Of a stretch of DNA of 64,000 nucleotides, positions 11,538 to 20,506 are shown piece after piece. This DNA is from Candidatus Saccharimonadota bacterium (lineage in GTDB: Bacteria > Patescibacteriota > Saccharimonadia > Saccharimonadales > Saccharimonadaceae): assembly GCA_017404335.1 (NCBI GenBank), contig JAFRCN010000002.1, positions 101,821-165,820 of the forward strand, written 5' to 3'. How positions within the stretch are numbered: position 1 is the first letter of the stretch; each line of letters starts with the position of its first letter. The position numbers were made by a program, and so were the translations under genes. The notes under the pieces were generated by a model. That model saw only the letters and a program-made list of their open reading frames with translations. It was not told the origin of the DNA and searched no databases.

Positions 11538-11673
11538 GCTATACCAAATGATTACACAACCGAAGTTCTTTTAAGTATAGTCAGCAGTCAGCAATGGCGC
11601 CGTAAGGCATCGTGATTGTTGACGGAACTTTGGTTGATGATTATGGTATAGCACCCTTGCGGTGCCATTTTTG
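11538..11673 (+). ncRNA. candidate ~135-nt structured sRNA (rod-like hairpin plus terminator), class unknown
   Basis: The 31-nt arm 11538-11568 pairs with 11625-11652 (includes GU pairs). The inner stem is capped by a GUAA loop (GCC-GUAA-GGC). Terminator: GCACC-CTTGC-GGTGC followed by a T-run. No ORF. Confidence 0.45.
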
Positions 11674-11892
11674 TATGACCTTTAGACAAACCCCCACCGC
11701 GAGGGCTTAGAACGAAAAAATACGAAAAGCATGCGTATTTTTTTTATTACTTCGTCAGGTTGTGGTTTTTGGTGTAGTAAAACTGCTGGCAATAAGTTTG
11801 AGAAGAATAACCGGTCATTCTTCGCCTGACGGTGAGAGAAGTTACTTTCGTTGGCCTGGAAAGGAGCAACTTGCCAACATGTATGGCAAGAT

Positions 11893-11963
11893 GTGGTATA
11901 ATGTTAGAGAGATATTGGAGCTAGAATGCTCCAATAATTAACTAAAAGATCCCAGGAGAAAAT
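11893..11963 (+). promoter_or_regulatory. ileS promoter (TGGTATAAT) and SD-containing leader with hairpin
   Basis: The -10 box is at 11897-11902. Leader hairpin: ATTGGAGC-tagaat-GCTCCAAT. AGGAG lies 5 nt before the GTG start. Confidence 0.45.
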
Positions 11964-14918
11964 GTGAAATATAAAACTAAAAGTAGACGAAATACCATAG
12001 AATATGAGAAAGCTCTTGCCGATTGGTGGAAGAAGAATCATGTTTTTGAGAAGTCCGTTGATGAACGGCCCGTTAACGACTCATATGTGTTTTATGATGG
12101 GCCACCGTTCTTAACCGGTTTACCCCATCATGGACATTTGTTAGGATCTACCATTAAGGACGCTGTCGGTCGGTATTGGACGATGAGAGGGAAACGCGTA
12201 GAGCGTGTTTGGGGATGGGATTGCCATGGGTTACCTGCTGAAAACTATGTCGAAAAGCAACTTGGGATTAAAGACAGAAGAGAGATTGGAACGAAATGGT
12301 CTCTCGAAGACTATATATTGACTGCAAAAAAATCAATGGAAGAGATTAGTGATGAATGGGAGCATACGATTACTCGCATCGGACGTTGGGTCGAATTCAA
12401 GGGTGCTTACCGCACGATGGACAAGGACTTCATGGAGTCAGTTTGGTGGGCGTTTAAAAAACTATATGATGCAGGAAAGATCTATGAAGGCCGTAAAGTT
12501 TTGATGTATGACACAAAGTTTGCAACGCCGGTCTCAAAAGCGGAAGTCACGATGGACAATGATGCTTATCAAGTAGTGACCGACCCTAGCGCGTATGTTA
12601 AGTTTAAAATGCGCGGTGAAGATAAATGTTATTTTTTGGCCTGGACTACAACCCCATGGACTCTGCCTGCGAATATGTGTCTCGCTATCAATCCTGAGTT
12701 GACATATGGATTTTATGATGTCAAGGGGGATACTTTAATTTTGGCAACGGATCGCGCAAAAGTATTATTCAAAGATTTAAAACCGACCAGGACAGTAAAA
12801 GGATCCGCTATAGTTGGAAAACAATATGAACCAATTATTGATGTGATGAATGGGCCGTTTAGTCTGGGACTGCGTGGCGACAAGGGTGCCGTTGTGCGTA
12901 AGGATACATACACGGTTTTACCTGCAGATTTTGTGTCGGCGGAAGATGGCACCGGCATAGTTCACTGTGCTCCAGCTTATGGTGAGGATGATTACGCCCT
13001 GTGCCAAAAACACGATGTTAACTTTGTAGACTGTCTAGATGAAAACGGTTATTATTTACCAGAAATATCCGACAAGCTTCATGAGCTTGGAGTCAAAGAT
13101 ACCGACGAGACCGGAATTCAGGTATGGGCGGGTAATAAATATATTGCGAAAGCGTTGGAAAATAAAGGTGTAATCTATATGATTGAATATATCCAGCACG
13201 AGTACCCATTTAACCCACGTTCGAAGGAACGAATCATTTATCGCGCATTTCCGTCTTGGTTTTTTGATGTGGATGGCTCAAAAGCTTTAATGATAGAAGA
13301 AAATGAAAATATTAATTGGTTCCCAGGATATTTGAAATATGGTCGTTTTAAGAAGAATATCGAAGCGGCACCAGATTGGAACTTGTCACGCGATAGATTC
13401 TGGGCGACCGCTATGCCAGTTTGGAAGGGGAACAATGGGACGGTAAAAGTGATAGGATCATACGATGAGTTGTATGAACTGTCTGGCGTGAAACTCGATG
13501 ATTATCATAGACCGTGGGTAGATAAGATTGAGTTTGATATTAATGGCGAGCATTTTAAAAGAATAGAAAAGGTATTAGATTGTTGGTTTGAATCTGGGTC
13601 CATGCCATTTGCGCAACACCATTATCCATTCGAGAATAAGGAAAAGTTTGAGGCAAATTACCCAGCTGATTTTATCGTGGAATATGTCGGTCAAGTAAGG
13701 GCGTGGTTCTACTATGTTCATTGTTTAAATACGAGTTTAGCGCAGATTGGGGCGTTCGGCGAAAAGGCAAAGAATGGAGCCAAGAATGCATTTAAGAACG
13801 TAATTACGACCGGTACGATTGCTGGCAATGATAAGCGAAAAATGTCTAAATCGTTGGGGAATTTTACAGATCCAAATATTCTGATGGATCAGTATTCCGC
13901 GGACGCATTACGATTGCTGTTGTTGTCGTCGTCTGTTTGTGCGGGTGAGGATTTTGCACTACTAGATAAGGATGTATCAGACGTAAACCGTAAGCTCGGG
14001 ATGATATGGAATGTATATGATTTCTTTACGATGTATGCGAGCGTAGATGGAATTGATAGCAATAGCCTAAAAGGCTTAGATATTGAGAAATTGAATAATC
14101 CTTTGGACACATGGATCATTTCTAGACTATACCAATTAAGAGGCGATATTACCGGGGGAATGAATATCTATAATATTCCCAAAGCCCTTGATGGCGTATT
14201 GCCATTCGTGGATGATTTATCGAATTGGTTTGTACGGCGTTCGCGACGACGTTTTAAGAAAACCGAAGACGAAGACGATAAAGCTGAAGCGTATGCAACT
14301 TTGTATTTTGTTCTGGTATATTTAAGTAGGATTATTGCTCCGTTTGTACCGTTTATAGCGGAAGAATTGTACAAAAATATGACCGGAGATGATGGCTCGG
14401 TGCATCTTTTAGACTGGCCGGAAGCGGGCATGATAAATAATGAAGTGTTAGAGAAAATGGCCAAGACGCGGGAAATCATTAAAAATGGGCTAGCGTTAAG
14501 AATGCAAAAGTCAGAGACTGAAGAGCAAATTAAAGTGCGTCAGCCGTTAGCAAAACTGACTTATGACGGGGAAAAATTGCCAGAGTTCTACGAACAGATG
14601 ATTGCAGAAGAAGTAAATGTAAAAACGGTTGAAAATGGCAAGAAAATAGCACTAGACAAAACGCTAACGGAGGAATTATTGGAGGAAGGTTTTGCGCGCG
14701 AGATAATAAGGGCCGTACAGGTGGCGCGTAAGAAAGCCGGACTAGATGTAGACGATCATATTCGTTTGTCACTATCCGTAGAGGTTAATGAAAAATGGCG
14801 TGATTCCGTAATGAGTGAATCGTTAGCTACCACTCTTTGTTTGAACGAGAATTATGAATTTGATATGATTGCAAAGGTTAACAATAAGAACATAACAATA
14901 TCGTTGGAAAAAGTATAA
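11964..14918 (+). CDS. ileS: isoleucyl-tRNA synthetase, type 2 (eukaryote-like) form
   Basis: GTG start. FYDGPPFLTGLPHHGH (HIGH region) and KMSKS motifs. 984 aa. The N-terminal layout is typical of IleRS2 rather than bacterial IleRS1. Confidence 0.9.
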   Translation: MKYKTKSRRNTIEYEKALADWWKKNHVFEKSVDERPVNDSYVFYDGPPFLTGLPHHGHLLGSTIKDAVGRYWTMRGKRVERVWGWDCHGLPAENYVEKQLGIKDRREIGTKWSLEDYILTAKKSMEEISDEWEHTITRIGRWVEFKGAYRTMDKDFMESVWWAFKKLYDAGKIYEGRKVLMYDTKFATPVSKAEVTMDNDAYQVVTDPSAYVKFKMRGEDKCYFLAWTTTPWTLPANMCLAINPELTYGFYDVKGDTLILATDRAKVLFKDLKPTRTVKGSAIVGKQYEPIIDVMNGPFSLGLRGDKGAVVRKDTYTVLPADFVSAEDGTGIVHCAPAYGEDDYALCQKHDVNFVDCLDENGYYLPEISDKLHELGVKDTDETGIQVWAGNKYIAKALENKGVIYMIEYIQHEYPFNPRSKERIIYRAFPSWFFDVDGSKALMIEENENINWFPGYLKYGRFKKNIEAAPDWNLSRDRFWATAMPVWKGNNGTVKVIGSYDELYELSGVKLDDYHRPWVDKIEFDINGEHFKRIEKVLDCWFESGSMPFAQHHYPFENKEKFEANYPADFIVEYVGQVRAWFYYVHCLNTSLAQIGAFGEKAKNGAKNAFKNVITTGTIAGNDKRKMSKSLGNFTDPNILMDQYSADALRLLLLSSSVCAGEDFALLDKDVSDVNRKLGMIWNVYDFFTMYASVDGIDSNSLKGLDIEKLNNPLDTWIISRLYQLRGDITGGMNIYNIPKALDGVLPFVDDLSNWFVRRSRRRFKKTEDEDDKAEAYATLYFVLVYLSRIIAPFVPFIAEELYKNMTGDDGSVHLLDWPEAGMINNEVLEKMAKTREIIKNGLALRMQKSETEEQIKVRQPLAKLTYDGEKLPEFYEQMIAEEVNVKTVENGKKIALDKTLTEELLEEGFAREIIRAVQVARKKAGLDVDDHIRLSLSVEVNEKWRDSVMSESLATTLCLNENYEFDMIAKVNNKNITISLEKV

Positions 14919-15021
14919 TCAAAGAATCATTTATATAATGCCGGAACTTAAGGTTTTTGAAAGAATGATACCAAATCAATTAATTCTGCAGACTTTATTC
15001 CAAACTGACGTCCATGGGCGA

Positions 15022-15037
15022 TGCACCTGACTAGACT
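15022..15037. repeat. 16-nt exact copy of the tRNA-Leu 3' end (att-like scar)
   Basis: TGCACCTGACTAGACT occurs at 15022-15037 and again at 15123-15138 inside the tRNA. Confidence 0.7.
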
Positions 15038-15119
15038 AGACTTTTCTTCTTGCGAAGCGCTATTATCTATAGAGCGAGCAAGAAAAAAGGCCGAGATACC
15101 GGCTTTTAACTTGAATTAA

Positions 15120-15206
15120 TGGTGCACCTGACTAGACTCGAACTAGCACAGCCTTACGGCCACTACCACCTCAAGGTAGCGTGTATACCAATTTCACCAC
15201 AGGTGC
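15120..15206 (-). tRNA. tRNA-Leu(GAG), class II, CCA encoded
   Basis: The reverse complement folds as a cloverleaf. Acceptor: GCACCTG with CAGGTGC. D stem: 3 bp. Anticodon arm: CTACC-TTGAGGT-GGTAG. Long variable arm. T arm: GCTAG-TTCGAGT-CTAGT. Ends in ACCA. Confidence 0.92.
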
Positions 15207-15297
15207 ATATTATTATTATATCATATTTTTAGAATTTATGGTCATTTTTCAAAAATCCAGCATAAGTATGTTATAATTAGGAAAACAAAGGAGGTAG

Positions 15298-16383
15298 ATG
15301 GAGAAACTTTCAAATAAACTTGCGATTTTTGGAGCTATTTTACTCGCCTTGATGGCTGGAACCTACGCGGTTGGGCTAACAAAAACTGCTCGAGCAGAAG
15401 AACCTGCTGAAAAGGCCGAGGCGACGTCGGGCCAAGAAGGAAACGATACGAATGCCGTCGGAGGTATGAACATCAGCATTTCTCCGGTTAGTAAGATTCT
15501 TCAAATGGATAATAACTCCACCTATGAAGATAGTTTTAAGGTAACAAACGGCGGGAGCGAACCGATTGAGTTTGAAACCTATGCGGCACCATATTCATAT
15601 ATATATTCAGAAGAAACCGATTCATATTCTTTGGCGTTTAGCCACGAAAACAATTACACACAAATTACCCGCTGGGTGACTTTTAAGGATAGTGCAGGGA
15701 ACTGGGTGAAAAATCCGCGCTTTTCGGTTGGCGGTGGCGAGACTAAGGAAATCAGTTATAGAATTGTGACCCCGGGTGATTTGCCAGCTGGCGGTCAATA
15801 TGCAGTTTTGTTTGCTCATACGATTTCTAGCGCTAAAGCTGAGGGTGGGATAAAGACTGAAGCTAGCCCAGGGTTAGTGGTTTATGGTCGGACGAATGGC
15901 GAAACCAACGTTTCGAGCGAAATTAGAGATTTAGCGATAATGCAGACCATCAAGAAGGATAGTTTGGAGGAAGACACTGAAGGGAATCAGACCGTGGTTG
16001 CTAAGGAACTAGGCCACATTAATGCTCGCGCAAAAGTAAAAAATACTGGCAATATCGACTTTAACGCTGTTGGCAAGTTAACGGTTAGCGGATTGTTTGG
16101 CGGAACAGTTTACGAAACCCCGGCGAACCGAGGTAGAACCTCAATTATTCCGGAAACTGAATTAGTAGTTTCGGATGAATGGGAAGAGACGCCTCCGTTT
16201 GGCATTTTTAAAGTAACTTGGGAGGTTACGGCCGGTGAAAATACCGAAATTATTACCTCAATTATCGCAATCAATATCGCACCTCTGATAATTTTTATCA
16301 TAATCGTCTTGACAATTATGATTGTTGGGTTTATAATGGGGGTTAAGAAGCGCAAAGAGCGTAGGTCTAGATTCGCGGTCTAG
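15298..16383 (+). CDS. cell-surface protein with signal peptide and C-terminal TM anchor (DUF916/DUF3324-like architecture)
   Basis: N-terminal signal/TM segment, beta-rich body, and C-terminal TM plus KKRKERRSR tail. The family assignment is from memory only. Confidence 0.6.
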   Translation: MEKLSNKLAIFGAILLALMAGTYAVGLTKTARAEEPAEKAEATSGQEGNDTNAVGGMNISISPVSKILQMDNNSTYEDSFKVTNGGSEPIEFETYAAPYSYIYSEETDSYSLAFSHENNYTQITRWVTFKDSAGNWVKNPRFSVGGGETKEISYRIVTPGDLPAGGQYAVLFAHTISSAKAEGGIKTEASPGLVVYGRTNGETNVSSEIRDLAIMQTIKKDSLEEDTEGNQTVVAKELGHINARAKVKNTGNIDFNAVGKLTVSGLFGGTVYETPANRGRTSIIPETELVVSDEWEETPPFGIFKVTWEVTAGENTEIITSIIAINIAPLIIFIIIVLTIMIVGFIMGVKKRKERRSRFAV

Positions 16384-16443
16384 ACTCTGCGAGACGCCCG
16401 TAGCGATTCAAACAAACATTAAACATAAACAAGAGTGTAGAGT

Positions 16444-17367
16444 ATGAAAAAAACACAAAAGAGAATCTTTGGATTTTTCGGATTAGTGTTGGTCGTCGCG
16501 ACAACGTTTCTTGCGGCGAGTTTGCCTAGTTCGGAGACGTCCGCAATATCAACCGTAACTGATACGTTGACCGTAAGGGTGGTCAGTAGCGCAGCAGACG
16601 TTAATATAACAAGCCCAGAGTCGGGAATGGTAACGGCGGGCGCGGAGCAGACGTTTAAGTTAAATTATGCAAACGTAAATACGGTCACACTATTTTTAAC
16701 AAAAACAGATTTGGATGGGACAACACACACGTTTACTTTGGCGGTCTATAATACCGATTACGGAACGGGAGAGAAAGTATACAATATTAATCTGCAAGAT
16801 GCAGAGTACGGATATGGCGAATATGTAATTAGACTGCAAGGGGAAGGAACGACGGGGCTTGCAGACGAAGATTCGGTCGCATTCTCGTATTATCCTATAG
16901 TTGCAGAGGCGACGGAAGATGAGAGTACAGGAGAGACGGTTTTAAGCTTGGATTATGAGGCCTATGACCCTTCGAATCCAGACGGAACTGGAGAGGTGGC
17001 CGAGATCGAGATTAACGTGTACGATGAAAATGGGAATTTAGTCGAAGAGTTATCACCAATAAAGGTGACCCCGCCGGAAACTAATGTCGTAATTCCATTC
17101 AATGACTACGATTTACCAAACGGAACATACACAATTAAAACTATTGCTTTCGACAAAGACGGAGACGAATTATATAAGTCTTACGTTAATCATGTCATTC
17201 GGAAAAGAGAAGATATACCAGTGCCTAATACTGGCGGATTATTCGGAGCATTGAATATTTCCAGAGCAGATTATCTTATTACTGGTATAATAGTGTTCTT
17301 GCTAACTGGAATTTTCGGAGCAGTCTTTATCGCGAAAAGACAGAAGAAATCCAGCCGACGACGTTAA
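16444..17367 (+). CDS. secreted protein with a sortase-type sorting signal (VPNTG)
   Basis: Signal peptide. The C-terminus carries VPNTGG, a hydrophobic segment and a KRQKKSSRRR tail. Confidence 0.65.
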   Translation: MKKTQKRIFGFFGLVLVVATTFLAASLPSSETSAISTVTDTLTVRVVSSAADVNITSPESGMVTAGAEQTFKLNYANVNTVTLFLTKTDLDGTTHTFTLAVYNTDYGTGEKVYNINLQDAEYGYGEYVIRLQGEGTTGLADEDSVAFSYYPIVAEATEDESTGETVLSLDYEAYDPSNPDGTGEVAEIEINVYDENGNLVEELSPIKVTPPETNVVIPFNDYDLPNGTYTIKTIAFDKDGDELYKSYVNHVIRKREDIPVPNTGGLFGALNISRADYLITGIIVFLLTGIFGAVFIAKRQKKSSRRR

Positions 17368-17381
17368 TACTCTACTAAACA

Positions 17382-17418
17382 AAAATCGGGCGCACCTACT
17401 GCGAGGGCGCCCGATTTT
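17382..17418. terminator. bidirectional terminator between convergent genes
   Basis: AAAATCGGGCGC ... GCGCCCGATTTT, with A/T runs on both sides. Confidence 0.7.
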
Positions 17419-17427
17419 AGTTTAGCC

Positions 17428-17769
17428 TTAAGCTTCTTTAGGTTCTTTGGCTTCGGCCTTTTTTCCGGCTTCTTTAGCAGCTTTTTTTGCCTTATTTTCT
17501 AAAGCAGCTTTCATCTTAGCGGCTTTAGCGGCGCGAGCCTTGAAGCGATCGACGCGACCTTCAGTATCGATAATCTTTTCTTCGCCAGTAAAGAAAGGGT
17601 GGCTCTTAGAAGAGATTTGTACCTTTACTAAAGGATATTCGTTGCCGTCTTCCCATTTTATGGTTTCTTCGCTTTTCGCCGTAGATTTAGTTAAAAACGA
17701 AAAGCCCGCAGCTTCGTCCATAAAAACGACTGTGCGATAATCTTTAGGATGTAACTCTGTTTTACTCAT
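17428..17769 (-). CDS. rpmE: 50S ribosomal protein L31, type B (no Cys), with Lys/Ala-rich tail
   Basis: The start is taken at MSKTELHP (M8 of the tracked ORF). [20 protein letters not shown] is the L31 core. SSKSH replaces CxxC. Confidence 0.85.
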   Translation of the reverse strand: MSKTELHPKDYRTVVFMDEAAGFSFLTKSTAKSEETIKWEDGNEYPLVKVQISSKSHPFFTGEEKIIDTEGRVDRFKARAAKAAKMKAALENKAKKAAKEAGKKAEAKEPKEA

Positions 17770-17793
17770 AATTATGGTTAATTTTAGCACATA

Positions 17794-17822
17794 TTGACTT
17801 TTTTGTAAAGGTGTGGTATGAT
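17794..17822 (+). promoter_or_regulatory. rpsB promoter
   Basis: TTGACT, 17-nt spacer, TGGTATGAT. The ~80-nt leader carries an ATCTCG...CGAGAT hairpin. Confidence 0.5.
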
Positions 17823-17905
17823 GAGGTTATATACTAAATTTAACGAAACAATCTCGGGAGGATTTCCTGATTAAAGGGTCTCGAGATGAAGAGAAAGGAA
17901 ATCAT

Positions 17906-18592
17906 ATGACGGTAAAAGTCGATATGAAAGAACTGCTCGAAGCGGGAGCGCATTTTGGGCACAAAACTAGTCGGTGGCACCCAAAAATGGCGCCGTACAT
18001 CCATTCGAAGCGCCAAGAAGCGCATATTATAAACCTAGAAAAGACGGTCGAAGGGCTAGAAACCGCGCTTCCGAAGATTACCGAAATCTCTAAAAGCGGC
18101 AAAAAGATTCTATTCGTCGGAACGAAAAAACAGCTTAAAGATACTGTACGCGAAATCGCCGAGTCGGTCGAAATGCCGTACGTAACGGTACGTTGGGTCG
18201 GCGGGACTTTGACCAACGTTGAGACAGTTAATCGCCAGATTAAGAAACTAAAAGACTTAGAGAGAAGAATGGCTTCGGGTGAGCTCGAAAATCGCTATTC
18301 GAAGCTCGAGGTTCAGAGATTCCAGGAAGAAATTGATTTATTGAACGAACGTTACGGTGGGATCAAAGAAATGAGCGAGCAGCCGGCAGCGATTATCGTG
18401 GCAGACGCGATGGAAGATAAGAACGCGATCAAAGAAGCGAACGGGCTAAATATTCCGGTATTTGCGATTACCGATACAAATGTTGACCCGACCCCGATTG
18501 ATTACGTTATTCCGGGTAACGACGATTCGATTAAGGCGGTTAAGCTGATTCTCGGTTACTTTGCCGAAGCGATCAAAGAAGGTAAGAAATAA
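17906..18592 (+). CDS. rpsB: 30S ribosomal protein S2
   Basis: LLEAGAHFGHKTSRWHPKM is the S2 signature. Confidence 0.95.
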   Translation: MTVKVDMKELLEAGAHFGHKTSRWHPKMAPYIHSKRQEAHIINLEKTVEGLETALPKITEISKSGKKILFVGTKKQLKDTVREIAESVEMPYVTVRWVGGTLTNVETVNRQIKKLKDLERRMASGELENRYSKLEVQRFQEEIDLLNERYGGIKEMSEQPAAIIVADAMEDKNAIKEANGLNIPVFAITDTNVDPTPIDYVIPGNDDSIKAVKLILGYFAEAIKEGKK

Positions 18593-18628
18593 ATTGAATA
18601 AACTTTTAAAAATAAGGAGGCAAAAACT

Positions 18629-19219
18629 ATGGCTGAAATTTCAGTTGAACAAATTAAAAAATTAAAAGAGCTTTCGGGTGCGGGACTCACGGATGCGAAA
18701 AAGGCTCTAGTTGAGGCGGACGGAGATTTCGACAAGGCGCTCGAAGCAATGAGAAAAAAAGGTTTAACTAAAGCCGAGAAGCGAGGCGACCGCGAGACGC
18801 GCGAGGGCTTAATTGAAGCTTATATTCACGATGGTAGACTCGGCGCAATTGTCGAAGTTAACTGCGAAACTTCTTTCGTCGCGAAAACCGACGAGTTTAA
18901 GACTTTAGCACACCAAATTGCGATGCAAATCGCGTCGATGGCGCCGCTTTATGTTTCGGAAGACGACATTCCGGCTGAGGTTCGCGAGGCTAAGATTAAG
19001 GAGCTCGAGGCTAACTTTAAGGGTCCGGAAAATATGAAAGAGAAAATTCTTGACGGACAAGTTAAGAAGGCTTTCTCGGATAAGGTCCTGATGAATCAGC
19101 CTTATATTCTTGACGATACAAAGACGGTTGAGCAATTTATTAAGGAAGCAATTGCGAAAACTGGCGAAAATATTACCGTTCGCCAATTTAAACGCATTGA
19201 ACTTGGCGTGACTGAATAA
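18629..19219 (+). CDS. tsf: elongation factor Ts (short form)
   Basis: IKKLKELSGAGLTDAKKALVEADGDFDKA is a UBA-like N-terminus. VEVNCETSFVAKT motif. Confidence 0.93.
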   Translation: MAEISVEQIKKLKELSGAGLTDAKKALVEADGDFDKALEAMRKKGLTKAEKRGDRETREGLIEAYIHDGRLGAIVEVNCETSFVAKTDEFKTLAHQIAMQIASMAPLYVSEDDIPAEVREAKIKELEANFKGPENMKEKILDGQVKKAFSDKVLMNQPYILDDTKTVEQFIKEAIAKTGENITVRQFKRIELGVTE

Positions 19220-19220
19220 A

Positions 19221-19246
19221 AAAAATAGCCCTGCGGGGCTATTTTT
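19221..19246 (+). terminator. rho-independent terminator after tsf
   Basis: ATAGCCC-tgc-GGGGCTAT followed by TTTTT. Confidence 0.7.
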
Positions 19247-19277
19247 GATATAATAAAAATATAAAGTAAGGAGTTTT

Positions 19278-19823
19278 ATGTTCGATACGAAAGAAGACCG
19301 CAAAAAAATGGAGGGGGTGGTAGAGAGATTCAAGGAAGAAATGAAGAAAGTTCGGACGGGGCGAGCGCATCCGGATATGCTTTCGGGGATTAAAGTCGAG
19401 GTTTACGGGCAGTTCATGCCGTTAAACCAAGTTTCTAACGTCACCGCAGCCGATGCGACGCTTCTAGTTGTCACACCATTCGACCCTTCGACGATTCAGG
19501 CAATCGCCTCGGCGATTCGGGCCGATCAGGCTTTAGGATTAAATCCGGCAGATGATGGGCGAGTAATCCGAGTACCGATTCCGGCTCTAACTGAGGAGCG
19601 CCGAAAAGAAATCGTCAAGACCGCTTCGGCAAAAGTCGAGGAGGCGAAGGTCGCGCTTCGAAACGTCCGCGAAGACGCAAGAAAAGCGATTAAGGTAGCC
19701 GAAGAAATGAGCGAAGACATTAAAAAGCGTGCTGAGAAAGAAATCGACGAGATTACGAAGGAGTTTTCAGACAAAGTCGAGGCCGAATTCAAAACCAAAT
19801 CCGACGAGATAATGAAAATATGA
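19278..19823 (+). CDS. frr: ribosome recycling factor
   Basis: Typical Frr sequence (VRTGRAHPDMLSGIKVEVYG). No pyrH lies between tsf and frr. Confidence 0.93.
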   Translation: MFDTKEDRKKMEGVVERFKEEMKKVRTGRAHPDMLSGIKVEVYGQFMPLNQVSNVTAADATLLVVTPFDPSTIQAIASAIRADQALGLNPADDGRVIRVPIPALTEERRKEIVKTASAKVEEAKVALRNVREDARKAIKVAEEMSEDIKKRAEKEIDEITKEFSDKVEAEFKTKSDEIMKI

Positions 19824-20491
19824 GTTTAAAACATTTAGGCATTATTGCCGACGGAAATCGACGTTGGGCGAAAGCCCAGGGGCTTCCGACGATTGAGGGC
19901 CATAAAAAAGGCCTCGATGTGATTCAAGAGCTAGTCGAAGCGGCGAGTAAAACCGAGATAGAATATTTGACTTTTTACGTTTTTTCGACGGAGAACTGGG
20001 GAAGGAGCGCGGATGAAGTCGGATATATCATGAAGCTCGCAGAGACCCGGATATTAAAATATGCTGAAAAATTAAAAAAACACAATGCGAAGTTGATTAT
20101 CCTAGGGTCGAAAGAGCGAATCTCACCGACACTGGCTAGTATTATCGAGAAGGCTGAAAAACTGACCGAGGATTGTACGGGGCTTACAGTATGTTTTTGT
20201 TTTAATTACGGCGGAGAGCAGGAGATTGCCGACGCGGCAAATATCGCCCTCAAAGCTGAAGGCGAAATTACGCCGGAAACGATCCGGAAGCACTTATACC
20301 ATCCCGAAGTACCGGATGTTGATATGGTGGTCCGGACCTCGGGAGAAGAGAGAATCTCGGGCTTCATGCTTTGGCGGGCTTCGTATGCGGAGTTTATGTT
20401 TTTGAAAAAATATTTCCCGGAGATGGATGCGGGCGATATTGAAAAGATTCTGAAAGAATTTGAATCTCGTTCGCGTAGATTCGGAAAATAA
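19820..20491 (+). CDS. uppS: undecaprenyl diphosphate synthase
   Basis: IIADGNRRWA and FSTENWGRS motifs. Overlaps frr by 4 nt. Confidence 0.92.
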   Translation: MSLKHLGIIADGNRRWAKAQGLPTIEGHKKGLDVIQELVEAASKTEIEYLTFYVFSTENWGRSADEVGYIMKLAETRILKYAEKLKKHNAKLIILGSKERISPTLASIIEKAEKLTEDCTGLTVCFCFNYGGEQEIADAANIALKAEGEITPETIRKHLYHPEVPDVDMVVRTSGEERISGFMLWRASYAEFMFLKKYFPEMDAGDIEKILKEFESRSRRFGK

Positions 20492-20506
20492 TGGTATAAT
20501 AAGTTT

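Noticed and set aside
11538-11652. Calling the hairpin RNA an SRP (4.5S) RNA or 6S RNA
   Set aside because: The shape and size are compatible, but the conserved SRP domain IV loops (GGAA tetraloop context and the 3' AGCA) are absent on either strand. No 6S-type central bubble is evident. I left it unclassified.
11750-11963. Possible T-box riboswitch upstream of ileS
   Set aside because: Stems exist (CGTCAGG with CCTGACG, GAAGAAT with ATTCTTC). I find no T-box sequence (GGUGGUACCGCG-like), no specifier-loop context and no antiterminator/terminator alternative. The best promoter lies downstream of most of the structure.
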